This document shows, one piece after another, positions 26,404-39,176 of a stretch of 64,000 nt of DNA (positions are counted from its first letter, which is position 1; the number at the start of each line of letters is the position of its first letter). The position numbers and the translations under genes were made by a program. Below the pieces are notes generated by a model that had not been told where the DNA came from, did no database searches, and saw nothing but the letters and a program-made list of their open reading frames with translations. Source of the DNA: Gemmatimonadota bacterium (lineage in GTDB: Bacteria; Gemmatimonadota; Gemmatimonadetes; Palauibacterales; Palauibacteraceae); assembly GCA_958295535.1 (NCBI GenBank), contig OY282356.1, positions 810,593 through 874,592 on the forward strand. The letters are read 5' to 3'.

Positions 26404-27654
26404 ATGGAAAGGCGCGTCGTCATCACCGGGCTGGGGCTGGTCACTCCGGTCGGGAACAGTGTCGCTTCCAGCTGGGATGCGCTTGTCGGCGGCGTGAGCG
26501 GCGCCGGCCCCATCACCCTGTTCGACGCCTCCGACCAGTCGGTTCGCTTCGCGTGCGAGGTAAAGGGCTTCGATCCGGAGCGACATATGGATCGAAAGGA
26601 CGCGCGCCGCGCGGACCGCTTTCTCCACTTCGCGATGGCCGCGGGCGCCCAGGCGATGGAGCAGGCGGGATACGCCGACGGCGTTCCCGGTCTTCCCCCC
26701 GAGAGGGTGGGCGTGCTCGTTGGCGTCGGCCTCGGGGGTCTGGCGTTGATGGAAGCGCAGTACACGCGGCTGCTGAAGGGCGGTCCGCGGCGAGTGTCCC
26801 CCTTCTTCGTTCCCATGTTCATTCCGGACATGTCGGCCGGTCTCCTGTCCATGCGCTACGGCGCACAGGGGCCGAACTACGCCGTGGTCTCGGCGTGCGC
26901 GTCCAGCGGGCACTCGATCGGGCTCGCTTTCCGCTCGATCCGGAGCGGTGAAACCGATGTGATGCTCACCGGCGGAACGGAGTCCACCATCACGCCGCTG
27001 GCGGTCGCCGGCTTTGCGAACATGCGCGCCCTGTCCACCCGCAACGACGATCCGTCGGCCGCCTCGCGTCCCTTCGACGCGCACCGCGACGGCTTCGTCA
27101 TAGGAGAGGGGGCGGGAATGATGGTCCTCGAGGAGTTGGCGCATGCCAAGGCCAGAGGCGCCGAAATCCTGGGCGAGGTGGCGGGATTCGGGCAGAGCGC
27201 GGATGCGCACCACATGACGGCGCCGGCGCCGGACGGGTCTGGAGCGCGGCTGGCCATGGAGCTGGCGCTCGCGGACGCCGGAATGCCATCGGACGGTGTC
27301 GGCTACGTGAACGCTCACGGCACTTCTACGCCGGTCAACGATGCTACGGAAACCCAGGCCGTGAAGAATGTGATGGGCGACCACGCCCGCACCATAGTCA
27401 TCGGATCGACGAAGTCGATGACCGGGCATGCGCTCGGGGCGGCAGGAGCGATCGAGGCGGCGGTCTCCGCCTTGGTGTGCAAGAACGGAGTCATCCCGCC
27501 GACTATCAACTTCGAGGAGGCAGATCCGGATTGCGATCTGGAGTATGCCCACGGCGGAACGATCGAACGGCCGGTCGCGGCGGCGCTGTCCAACTCCTTC
27601 GGTTTTGGAGGCCACAACGCCTGCCTCGTGCTCCGGCGCTGGGACGGGGTCTAA
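26404..27654 (+). CDS. fabF: 3-oxoacyl-ACP synthase II
   Basis: RRVVITGLGLVTP...VVSACASSGHSI (active Cys)...NAHGTSTP...GHALGAAG...SNSFGFGGHNA. Confidence 0.95.
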   Translation: MERRVVITGLGLVTPVGNSVASSWDALVGGVSGAGPITLFDASDQSVRFACEVKGFDPERHMDRKDARRADRFLHFAMAAGAQAMEQAGYADGVPGLPPERVGVLVGVGLGGLALMEAQYTRLLKGGPRRVSPFFVPMFIPDMSAGLLSMRYGAQGPNYAVVSACASSGHSIGLAFRSIRSGETDVMLTGGTESTITPLAVAGFANMRALSTRNDDPSAASRPFDAHRDGFVIGEGAGMMVLEELAHAKARGAEILGEVAGFGQSADAHHMTAPAPDGSGARLAMELALADAGMPSDGVGYVNAHGTSTPVNDATETQAVKNVMGDHARTIVIGSTKSMTGHALGAAGAIEAAVSALVCKNGVIPPTINFEEADPDCDLEYAHGGTIERPVAAALSNSFGFGGHNACLVLRRWDGV

Positions 27655-27673
27655 TGCGGTGGGGGGATTGTCG

Positions 27674-28081
27674 ATGAATTCGGTACTGGTGATGATGGGA
27701 TCGGAGTCGGACATGCCGACGATGGAAAAGGGCATCGCGGTGTTGCGCGAACACGAAGTTGCCGTGCAGGTGGAAGTCTGCTCGGCCCACCGGCAACCGG
27801 AGCGGACGGCGGCGCTGGCGTCGGGGGCCGAGGAGGCCGGTCATTCGGTGGTGATCTGCGGGGCGGGTTTGTCGGCGGCGTTGCCGGGAGTGGTGGCGGC
27901 TCACACGCGGCTCCCCGTAATAGGCGTTCCCGTATCCGCCGGCACGCTGGGCGGTCTGGATGCGCTGCTGTCGTGCGCCCAGATGCCACCCGGCGTTCCG
28001 GTTGCCGCGGTCGGGATCGACAACTCCCGCAATGCAGCCCACCTTGCTCTCCGCATCCTCGGCGCAACCAGCCGGGGCTGA
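27674..28081 (+). CDS. purE: N5-carboxyaminoimidazole ribonucleotide mutase
   Basis: VLVMMGSESDMPTM...SAHRQPER...GAGLSAALPGVVAAHTRLPVIGVPV. Confidence 0.9.
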   Translation: MNSVLVMMGSESDMPTMEKGIAVLREHEVAVQVEVCSAHRQPERTAALASGAEEAGHSVVICGAGLSAALPGVVAAHTRLPVIGVPVSAGTLGGLDALLSCAQMPPGVPVAAVGIDNSRNAAHLALRILGATSRG

Positions 28082-28094
28082 AGGGCGGCCGGAT

Positions 28095-28622
28095 GTGTCT
28101 TCCGGGCACTCCCGGCGCGTCGGCATCGGGTACGACTCGCACCGATTCGGGGACGCCCCGCCACTGGTTCTGGGCGGTGTCGTCATCCCGGAAGCGCCGG
28201 CCCTGAGAGCGCACTCCGACGGGGACGCCGTATCGCACGCGGTCACGGACGCGCTTCTCGGGGCCGCGGCCCTCGGCGACATCGGCGCGCTCTATCCGGA
28301 TACCGATCCGGCGTACCGCGGCGCCGACTCCGTCCGGCTGCTGCAGGACGCCGTGCGGAGGCTGGGCGATCGCGGCTTCCGAGTGGAGAACGTCGACATC
28401 ACCGTAATCGCCGAGCGGCCGCGGCTCGGTCCGCACGTCGATTCGATGCGCGCGCGGCTGGCCTCGGCGCTTCGCGTGCACCTTTCGCGCGTCTCGGTGA
28501 AGGGGAAGACGAACGAGGGCATGGGGTTCATAGGCCGGGGCGAGGGCGTAGCCGTGTTCGCGGTCGCGATGGTGGCCGCCGGCGAAGCGGAGGAGGCGGA
28601 CCGGGTGGCTCCCAGTGCCTGA
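28095..28622 (+). CDS. ispF: 2-C-methyl-D-erythritol 2,4-cyclodiphosphate synthase
   Basis: RVGIGYDSHRF...HSDGDAVSHAVTDALLGAAALGDIG..FPD-like...KTNEGMGFIGRGEG. GTG 28095 was chosen as the first start after purE. Confidence 0.9.
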   Translation: MSSGHSRRVGIGYDSHRFGDAPPLVLGGVVIPEAPALRAHSDGDAVSHAVTDALLGAAALGDIGALYPDTDPAYRGADSVRLLQDAVRRLGDRGFRVENVDITVIAERPRLGPHVDSMRARLASALRVHLSRVSVKGKTNEGMGFIGRGEGVAVFAVAMVAAGEAEEADRVAPSA

Positions 28623-29274
28623 CATCCAGGAGTTCCAGCCGGTCCTCGACTTCCTGCTCGGGCTGCCGGGCGTGGCCGTCTACTCTCTGATCGCCGCCTG
28701 TTCGACTCTCGACAACATCTTCCCGATAGTTCCCTCGGACACCTTCGTGATAGCAGGCGCCGTTCTTGCGGACAGGGGAGTGCGGGATCCGGCGGCCATT
28801 TTCGCCACGGCATGGGTCGCGAACACGGCGGGCGCGCTGTTCGTGTACGGCCTCGCCCGCCGACAGGGGCGGTCGGTGTTCGAAGAGCGGCGGTGGGGAC
28901 GTCGTCTTCTGCGGCCGCAGCAGCTCCGGAGCATCTCGCGCTTCTACCGGCGCCATGGGCCGTGGGCGATCTTCTTTTTCAGATGCATCCCGGTGCTGCG
29001 AATGGTCGTGCCGGCCTTCGCCGGCTTCGTCGAGCTCGGGGCCGTTCGCGCATTAGTCCCGATCATCGCGGCTTCGTTCGTCTGGAACGCGCTAATGGTC
29101 TGGGCGGGGATATTCTTCTCTCGCAATGTGAACCGGCTGCTCGAGGTTGTCGGCCAAGCCAACGCCGGACTGCTAGCGGTAGCGGTTGTCGTGGCTGGAC
29201 TGATAGCCATCTGGTGGTTCCGGAGCCGCCGGGAAGAGGAGGCGGGGGCGGCGCCAAGTGATTCGGGAGGGTAG
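28615..29274 (+). CDS. DedA/SNARE-associated family membrane protein
   Basis: Multi-TM protein with the DedA core (LDNIFPIVPSDTFVIAGAVLA...RFYRRHGPWAIFFFRCIPVLRMVVPAFAG). Overlaps the ispF end by 8 nt. Confidence 0.75.
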   Translation: MPDIQEFQPVLDFLLGLPGVAVYSLIAACSTLDNIFPIVPSDTFVIAGAVLADRGVRDPAAIFATAWVANTAGALFVYGLARRQGRSVFEERRWGRRLLRPQQLRSISRFYRRHGPWAIFFFRCIPVLRMVVPAFAGFVELGAVRALVPIIAASFVWNALMVWAGIFFSRNVNRLLEVVGQANAGLLAVAVVVAGLIAIWWFRSRREEEAGAAPSDSGG

Positions 29275-29280
29275 CCGGGA

Positions 29281-30195
29281 GTGACCGGTGGCAGTCCGGC
29301 CGTCGCGCGAGACTTCTACCTCGGGGTGTTTCGCGACTACCTGAGCTTCGAACGCGGACTCGCCCCGCGCACCGTCTACAGCTACCTGTCCGCGGCCAGA
29401 CGGCTAGCGGAGTTCGCCGTCGGCGCCGGCGCGCTTGCGCCCGGCAGCGTCACGCTCGACCTGCTTCGAGATCACGTAGCCAAGCTGTCCGAGGAGGGGA
29501 AGGCGCGATCGACCGTTGCCAAGCGCATCTACTCGCTGCGGAGCTACTTCCACTTCCTGGTCGCGGAGGGCGTCGTAGACTCGGATCCGAGCGAACGGTT
29601 GAAAGCTCCTCGCGTCCGCCGCCCGCTGCCCGGCATCCTCTCGGTTCGCGAGATCGAATCGATCCTGGCTGCGGTCCCCCTTGACGACCGAGCCGCCAAG
29701 CGCGACAGGAGCATCATCGAACTCCTGTACGGGTGCGGTCTCAGAGCGTCCGAACTGTGCGAGCTCACGCTCCGCGACATGGATCTGGAAGAGGGGTTGG
29801 TGCTCGTGCTCGGGAAGGGAGGCAAGCGAAGGCTGGTGCCCGTCGGCGCCGCGGCTCGCGCCGCGGCATCGCGCTACGTTCGGGAATCGAGGCCGGACCT
29901 CGACCGGGGGCGCTCCGAAGGACGGGTCTTTCTCAATCAGCGCGGCCGGCCGCTGAGTCGCATGGGGCTATGGAAGATCCTCCGACGGCATGTGGAACGC
30001 GCCGGGATAGCGAAGCGGGTAACGCCGCACACCCTTCGCCACACCTTCGCTACGCACCTGCTGGAGGGCGGGGCCGACCTGGCCTCCGTTCAGGAGATGC
30101 TGGGCCATGCCGACATTTCGACCACCGAGATATACACCCACGTCGATCGCTCGCACCTGCGGCAGGTCCACCGCAGCCATCACCCGCGCGGCTGA
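29281..30195 (+). CDS. tyrosine site-specific recombinase, XerC/XerD family
   Basis: C-terminal catalytic region GLRASEL...HTLRHTFATHLLEGGADLASVQEMLGHADISTTEIYTHV (R..HxxR..Y). Confidence 0.9.
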   Translation: MTGGSPAVARDFYLGVFRDYLSFERGLAPRTVYSYLSAARRLAEFAVGAGALAPGSVTLDLLRDHVAKLSEEGKARSTVAKRIYSLRSYFHFLVAEGVVDSDPSERLKAPRVRRPLPGILSVREIESILAAVPLDDRAAKRDRSIIELLYGCGLRASELCELTLRDMDLEEGLVLVLGKGGKRRLVPVGAAARAAASRYVRESRPDLDRGRSEGRVFLNQRGRPLSRMGLWKILRRHVERAGIAKRVTPHTLRHTFATHLLEGGADLASVQEMLGHADISTTEIYTHVDRSHLRQVHRSHHPRG

Positions 30196-30201
30196 CCGGC
30201 C

Positions 30202-31800
30202 TTGTCGCACCGGGAATTCAACTGCCGCCGCCCGCCGGTCCGCGGATGCGCGAACGCGCTCGCGCTCCTGGCCGTGGCGCTTGCGGCCACGCTGCCTTCG
30301 AGCGCCCTCGCGCAGGAAGTGCGCTTCGCGGGCGAGCCCCGTACGGAAGCGCAGCGGATACTGAAGACGTTCCTGGAAACGCGGAGCTTCGAGGTATGGC
30401 CCCGCGACACGGTGCTGGCGCGGGGCGACACTGTGTACGGACCGGTTCTCGCGCTCGAAGGCAGCGTGCGGATCGGCGGGCGGATCGAGGGAGACATCTA
30501 TGTGGTCGATGGCGACCTCTTCCTCCGTCCCGGCAGCGCAGTCGGCGGCGTGGTAGTGCTGGGCGGCGGCTTCTACGACTCGCGGTTGGCGGAAGTGGGC
30601 GGCCCGGTCACGTACCGGCCGAACGAGGCGCTGCGAGTCCGGCCCGCCGACGCCGGCTTCGAGGTCTTCTCCGAGACCGAGCCGGAACCGCCGTTCGAGC
30701 TCGCCGGGCTGTACGGAGTCCGGCTTCCAGCCTACGAACGCGTCTCCGGCCTCACGCTGCGAGCCGGGGCGCTGGGGCGTTTGGCCGAGGCGTCCGGCCG
30801 GCCCGAACTCTCGGCGGGCCTTTCGTTTCTGCCGGCCCGGAAGGAGTTCGACTTCGCGCTAAGGAACAGCTGGCATATAGGAGACCGTCTGGAGCTCGAT
30901 CTGTTTCTGACCCAGGCCGTGGCCAGCAACGAGGAGTGGATCACGCCGGAGTTCAACAACTCCATGTCGGTTATCATGGCGGGCAGAGACCGGCGCAACT
31001 ACTACCAGAGCGAACGATTCGGGATCGGGATCGAGTGGCGGTCTCCGCCGCCGCCCGTCTGGCGCGATATGCAGGGTTGGAGTCTCGGATTGTCGGCCGG
31101 GCGAGAGAAGGCCGCCTCGCTGGCCGCCCGCGGCGTCACGGTCGTCTTTGGAGAGATCTCGCCCGGCTCGTCGCCCGAAGATCTGAATCCTCCGGTCGAC
31201 GACGGCACGCTGTGGTTCGTCCGCGCCGGCTTCGTATGGTCGGCGGAGAGCCGCCGCGGCCATATGGGTATCGGGGCGGGACTCGAGGCAGGCTTCGAGG
31301 ACGACATCGCCGGCAACGCCGGAGACGCCCGCTTCGACTTTCTGCTTGCCGAGGCCCGGCTTTCGGCTAGGCGCGTGACGCCGTGGGGGCACCGGGTCGG
31401 CTTCTTCCTGATCGCGCGCCGGGATCTGGCCGGACAGCTACCCCGGCAGCGCTACTCGGCCGTTGGAGGCTACGGCACGATCCCGACCTTGCCGCTGCGG
31501 GAGCTGTACGGTCGCCGGCTCCTCTTCGCGGACGCCGAGTACGCCGTGCCGATCATCGGCACGGCCCGGCTGGGCGGGTTGGATATCTTCGTCCGGGGCA
31601 GCGTCGGGGGGGCCGATCAATTCGCCTTCAATCCGCATGCGTCCGTCGCGGCTGGCGTGGCTCTCCGGCTCCTCGACTTCCAGATCAACTTCGGCGTGGT
31701 GAAGGGCGCTACGGCTTCGGAAGAAGAGTCCGGCGTCGGCCTTCTATTCGAGGTCAGCCGGCCCAGACCTGTCCGGCCGACGCAGATGAAACGCGGCTGA
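30202..31800 (+). CDS. secreted hypothetical protein: N-terminal bactofilin-like G-rich beta-repeat, C-terminal region with a possible Omp85-like barrel signature
   Basis: Signal peptide ALALLAVALAATLPSSALAQE; GSVRIGGRIEGDIYVVDGDLFLRPGSAVGGVVVLGGG; C-terminal alternating-hydrophobic strands. Family not confidently recognised. Confidence 0.5.
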   Translation: MSHREFNCRRPPVRGCANALALLAVALAATLPSSALAQEVRFAGEPRTEAQRILKTFLETRSFEVWPRDTVLARGDTVYGPVLALEGSVRIGGRIEGDIYVVDGDLFLRPGSAVGGVVVLGGGFYDSRLAEVGGPVTYRPNEALRVRPADAGFEVFSETEPEPPFELAGLYGVRLPAYERVSGLTLRAGALGRLAEASGRPELSAGLSFLPARKEFDFALRNSWHIGDRLELDLFLTQAVASNEEWITPEFNNSMSVIMAGRDRRNYYQSERFGIGIEWRSPPPPVWRDMQGWSLGLSAGREKAASLAARGVTVVFGEISPGSSPEDLNPPVDDGTLWFVRAGFVWSAESRRGHMGIGAGLEAGFEDDIAGNAGDARFDFLLAEARLSARRVTPWGHRVGFFLIARRDLAGQLPRQRYSAVGGYGTIPTLPLRELYGRRLLFADAEYAVPIIGTARLGGLDIFVRGSVGGADQFAFNPHASVAAGVALRLLDFQINFGVVKGATASEEESGVGLLFEVSRPRPVRPTQMKRG

Positions 31801-31861
31801 CGACCTGCTTGCCCCGTTCTTCGCGCTATCCGGACGCCGTTCTTGGCGCTAATCCGGACGA

Positions 31862-32066
31862 GGGCCGGGCCCCGGCGACACCGCCTGTCCCGGCTGACAC
31901 CGCGCGTCCCGGCGCTATTACACCGGTTGCTCGGGGAGCGGGCGGGGACTTCGCGGCCCCTCGATACCGCGCATCCCGGCACTTTGGCGCCGGCTGGATT
32001 CGGGGAGCGGGCGGGGACTTCGCGGCCCCTCGATACCGCGCGTCCCGACGCTTTGACACCGGCCGG
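31862..32066. repeat. 69-nt tandem repeat, about 3 copies (first one diverged), upstream of kdsB
   Basis: TCGGGGAGCGGGCGGGGACTTCGCGGCCCCTCGATACCGCGC(A/G)TCCCG... starts at 31931 and 32000. A partial earlier copy is at 31862-31930. Confidence 0.85.
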
Positions 32067-32122
32067 GACCTACCCTAGATTCTGATGATGCAACGCCCTC
32101 TTCTCTTCAAGAGATAAGCCCG

Positions 32123-35508
<3,386 letters not shown>

Positions 35509-35518
<10 letters not shown>

Positions 35519-36102
35519 CTGCGCCCGATATCGATCCCGGCTTGGCCAGTTCGATCCGGCTGGTATCGCTCGATGTGGATGGAGTGCTCACGGACGGTTC
35601 GATCTGGTTCGGTGCGAGCGCGGGTAGCCCGCCGTTCGAATTGCGCCGCTTCCACGCTCTGGACGGATTGGCGATCCGGATGCTGCAAGAGGCGGGGCTC
35701 TTGGTTGCCTGGGTCAGCGGCAAGCGGTCCTCCGCGGTTCGCCAGCGCGCCACGGAGCTGGGGGTCGCGGAGCTGTCGCTGGGCCAACGCAGGGGAAAGC
35801 TGGCGGCGGTGCGGGGTATGCTTGCCACGCGCGGGTGGACTTTCGGCCAAGCTGCGCATCTGGGCGACGATCTGCCCGATCTCGCGCTTCTGAAGCGGGT
35901 CGGCCTGCCGGCGGCGGTTGCGAATGCGGTGCCGGAGGTGCGGGCGGGGGCGGCCTGGACCAGTACGGTTCAAGGTGGAGAAGGGGCGGTCCGGGAGTTC
36001 GCCGAGGCGCTTCTCAGGGCGCGCGGAGAGTGGGACGTACTAGCGGAGAGCTTTGCGAATCAGGATCATGCGTTGCGACAGGTATCGCCGGTTGCGCCGT
36101 GA
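35509..36102 (+). CDS. kdsC: KDO-8-phosphate phosphatase (HAD family)
   Basis: LVSLDVDGVLTDG (HAD motif I)...GDDLPDLALL...AVANAVPEV. ATGCGTGTGA overlap with the kdsA stop. Confidence 0.85.
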
Positions 36103-36177
36103 AAAGAGTCCACGGCGAGCGGGGTGGTGGCTACGACGGCTCGCCGTTGCGACAGGTATCGCCGGTTGAGCTGTGAA
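36071..36177. repeat. 74-nt-period duplication of the kdsC 3' end including its stop
   Basis: CGTTGCGACAGGTATCGCCGGTTGCGCCGTGAA (36071) versus CGTTGCGACAGGTATCGCCGGTTGAGCTGTGAA (36145). The spacer forms the hairpin CGGCGAGC-N18-GCTCGCCG. Confidence 0.9.
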
Positions 36178-36216
36178 CGAGGAGAAATTCGTCATGGCGG
36201 CGACTCGGTGGTCGGC

Positions 36217-37086
36217 GTGAAGGCCGGCGCCAAGGGGCGTGCGTTGCGCATGCTCCTGTTTCCGGCGTTGCTGGGCGCCGCCGCCGCCGGATGCGGCTCC
36301 GGAGGCACGCTGCCGGCCGCCGAGCGGCTCTTCTCGGAAGATGTCGATCTAGTGATCTACGGAATGCGGACGAATGTCACTCGGGAAGGGATTAGGCGCG
36401 CGGTGGTGGAGGGAGACACGGCCGAGTTTCACGAAGGAAACGAGATTCACATTCGTCCGATGAGGGTCGTCTTCTACGATGGCATGGGCCGCCAGACCAC
36501 GGAGGTCACATCCGTGTATGGCGTGTTCGACGAAGTGGCGGGCGATCTGGACGCGACAGGGTCGGTGGTAGCCGTGGACCTGGTACTGGACCAGCGGCTG
36601 GAAACCGAGCATCTGAGATACGCGTACGCGGATGACCGCCTGTATGGCGACATGTCGTTTCGGCTGCTGCGCAATGCGGAAGGCATGGTCATCGAGGGCT
36701 CGTCATTCGAATCGGATCCGGCGCTCGACTCGGTGATCGTCTTCGATCCGTCGGGGCAGACGGGGCGTCTCGTTTCCAGCCCGGACGTGCCGGCGGCGGG
36801 AGACGATACTGCATCGGCGTCTCCGGACAGCGCGTCAGCGCCGGGAGACTCTCTGCAGGGCGCGCCCGGCGATACCACGGCGACGCCTGACGCCGAGTCG
36901 GCGGCGGGAGATTCTGCATCGGCGCCGCCGGACACTGCATCGGTATCGCCGGACACCGCCTCGGCGCTGCCGAACACCGCATCGGCGCCGCCGGACACCG
37001 TATCCGCGCCGCCGGACACTGCATCGGCTTCGCCGGACACCGCCTCGGCGCCGCCGGACACCGCCTCCGCGCCGCCGGATCCATGA
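36217..37086 (+). CDS. lptC: LptC-like LPS export protein, predicted lipoprotein with a C-terminal PDTASAP heptad-repeat tail
   Basis: Conserved position between kdsC and the OstA-like/lptB genes. Lipobox LLGAAAAGC. Beta-rich core about 150 aa long. The family call rests on context plus size. The ORF is open from 36124. Confidence 0.55.
   Translation: MKAGAKGRALRMLLFPALLGAAAAGCGSGGTLPAAERLFSEDVDLVIYGMRTNVTREGIRRAVVEGDTAEFHEGNEIHIRPMRVVFYDGMGRQTTEVTSVYGVFDEVAGDLDATGSVVAVDLVLDQRLETEHLRYAYADDRLYGDMSFRLLRNAEGMVIEGSSFESDPALDSVIVFDPSGQTGRLVSSPDVPAAGDDTASASPDSASAPGDSLQGAPGDTTATPDAESAAGDSASAPPDTASVSPDTASALPNTASAPPDTVSAPPDTASASPDTASAPPDTASAPPDP
36840..37083 (+). repeat. 21-nt (heptad) coding tandem array in the lptC tail
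   Basis: [87 protein letters not shown]. Confidence 0.9.
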
Positions 37087-39176
37087 CAGCCGGTTTCTCG
37101 AGAGTTTGTCTAGTATCGGCCGCAATCTCGTGCTTCTGCTACCCCCTCCTCGCGCAAGACGCAGACTCGGGCCGCCCGTCGGGGGCGATAGTCGGCAACT
37201 GTGCGTTGACCTGGGAGCCAGTCGACTCGAACACGCAGAGCTTCACCCACCGCGATACAGTTGGTGCGCACGTGACGCATCTAAGCGGGCGATATCTTTG
37301 GAGTTGCGGCTCGGCGACGATGGTTGCCGATAGCGCCATCAAGTGGGATGGCCCCGGCATGGTCGAGCTGTACGGAAACGTCCTCTATCGAGATAGCGTC
37401 CGCACTCTCAGGTCCGAGTTTCTCGTCTATCACCAGCTAAGGGACCTCGTTGTCGCAGAACGGTTCGTGAACTTGGAGCGTGCGTCCGACGGGTCTTTTC
37501 TCAGAGGTCCGCGTGTCGAGTTTCTGCGAGCCGTATCGGGCATCAACGCGGTCACGAGCGCCACTGGCCGCCCGATCGTGACATTCCGTGCCGAGAACGA
37601 TGAAGGAGGAGCCGGATCCTTCGAGATCCGGGCCGATAGCGTCGTCTTCGCCAGCGAGGACGAAGCTAGGTTCTTCGGTAACGCGATTATCGAGCAGAGC
37701 GGGCTTACGGCGAATGCCGACAGCGCGTATCTGATGCGGCAGGGCAACTCGGGGGTCCTCTGGGGAAGCCCGCGGATCGAGACCGAGGGGATGAGCGTCG
37801 AGGGCGATACCGTGCGGTTCGGCTCCGAGAGCGGGGAGTTGCGGCAAGTATCGGCCATCGGGCGCGGTCACGCAGTTGGCGAACGGTTCGAGGTGTCGGC
37901 CGACCGGATCGATGTCGCCATGCTTGAACGAGAGGCGAAGTCGGTTGTGGCTTACGGCAGCGGAATCGGCGAGGCGCAATCGGGCGAATCCCTTCTCTAT
38001 GGAGATTCGCTACACTTTGTCCTCTCTCAGGGGCGGATAGACACGATATACTCTGTGGGCGAGGCGGTAGCGATCCTTGGGGACAGCGCCGCAGCTGCAG
38101 CCGACTCGTTGGGTGGTCAGGGAGAAGAGATGGCGTCATCCGTTGGAGCCGGTGGCTTGCCGGGAGTCGGTGGAGCCGGGGACGAGGGCGACCTGCCGGC
38201 AGGCGCCAGTGACGGCGCACCGGGTGTCGAAGGCTTGAATGGCGGCGAGGATTCGACGGATGAACAGGAAAGCACGCCTCCGGAGCTTGGCATAGACGGC
38301 CCCGACAGCTGGGTCCGGGCGGACACGCTGGTCGCTATCTTCGAACGCCCGGGACATCTCTCGACTCCAGATTCTGCGGGAGCCCCTGCTGCTGCGGGAG
38401 CTCGGGAACCGGTATCCGCCGGTGAAGCGACGCCGGCCGACTCCCTGGCAGAACCGGGGGCGGATCCTGTGATGTCGCGCCTTCTCCTGATGGGATACGC
38501 GTCGGCTCTGTACCGGATCGTGCGAGATTCGACCGCTTCCGCACGGCCCTCGCGCAACTATCTGATAGGGGATCGCATTCAGATCGACTTCGTTGACGGA
38601 GAGCCGCGCACGGTCACGGGCGAGAATGCGGTCGGCATCTATCTTGAGCCTCAGCCCGTGCAGGCGGCGGAGGACTCGCTCGGAGCGTCGGCGGACTCCC
38701 TGGACGGCGCGGCCCGGGATTCGCTGGACGCCGCGCCGGGGGACACGGCGATTGCCACGCCGCCGGACACGGCGGCTGCCGCGCCACCCGACACGGCGAC
38801 TGCTACGCGACCGGACACGGCGGCTGCCGCGCCACCCGACACGGCGACTGCTACGCGACCGGACACGGCGACCGCCACGCCGCCGGACACGGCGACTGCC
38901 ACGCCACCGGACACTACGACCACAACGCCACGCTCGGTGGACGCTTCGTTGTCAGGTGCGAATAACGATCCCCTGGATCAGGCGCTTGCGATGCGCCTCG
39001 GCTCGGAGGGCTCGATGACGTTCCAACGCTGTCCCGTCTCGCCGGGCGTGGCGTGGCGCACCGGCGCACCCACCCCTCTCGCGTACCGGAGCCGCCGCTA
39101 CGACGCGCCGGTGTCGCCGGGCAGGCTGGAGAAGTTGTGTGCACGCCGGAGCCCAAGCGTGAGAAGCATCGGGTGA
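37083..39176 (+). CDS. large OstA/LptA-like periplasmic protein (697 aa) with an internal PDTA(A/T)A heptad array
   Basis: Signal peptide ...[10 protein letters not shown]. Repeated OstA-like segments ([23 protein letters not shown]..., [22 protein letters not shown]..., [25 protein letters not shown]...). Sits between lptC and lptB. ATGA overlap with lptC. Confidence 0.55.
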   Translation: MTAGFSRVCLVSAAISCFCYPLLAQDADSGRPSGAIVGNCALTWEPVDSNTQSFTHRDTVGAHVTHLSGRYLWSCGSATMVADSAIKWDGPGMVELYGNVLYRDSVRTLRSEFLVYHQLRDLVVAERFVNLERASDGSFLRGPRVEFLRAVSGINAVTSATGRPIVTFRAENDEGGAGSFEIRADSVVFASEDEARFFGNAIIEQSGLTANADSAYLMRQGNSGVLWGSPRIETEGMSVEGDTVRFGSESGELRQVSAIGRGHAVGERFEVSADRIDVAMLEREAKSVVAYGSGIGEAQSGESLLYGDSLHFVLSQGRIDTIYSVGEAVAILGDSAAAAADSLGGQGEEMASSVGAGGLPGVGGAGDEGDLPAGASDGAPGVEGLNGGEDSTDEQESTPPELGIDGPDSWVRADTLVAIFERPGHLSTPDSAGAPAAAGAREPVSAGEATPADSLAEPGADPVMSRLLLMGYASALYRIVRDSTASARPSRNYLIGDRIQIDFVDGEPRTVTGENAVGIYLEPQPVQAAEDSLGASADSLDGAARDSLDAAPGDTAIATPPDTAAAAPPDTATATRPDTAAAAPPDTATATRPDTATATPPDTATATPPDTTTTTPRSVDASLSGANNDPLDQALAMRLGSEGSMTFQRCPVSPGVAWRTGAPTPLAYRSRRYDAPVSPGRLEKLCARRSPSVRSIG
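38736..38930 (+). repeat. 21/42-nt coding tandem array ([16 protein letters not shown] ...)
   Basis: [65 protein letters not shown]. The 42-nt super-unit is repeated almost exactly. Confidence 0.9.

Noticed and set aside
29281-30195. Tyrosine recombinase considered as a marker of an integrated mobile element or genomic island
   Set aside because: It has XerC/XerD-type catalytic motifs and is flanked by housekeeping genes (ispF, a DedA protein, kdsB). There are no att-like direct repeats, no tRNA and no phage or IS genes. It is most likely the chromosomal dimer-resolution recombinase.
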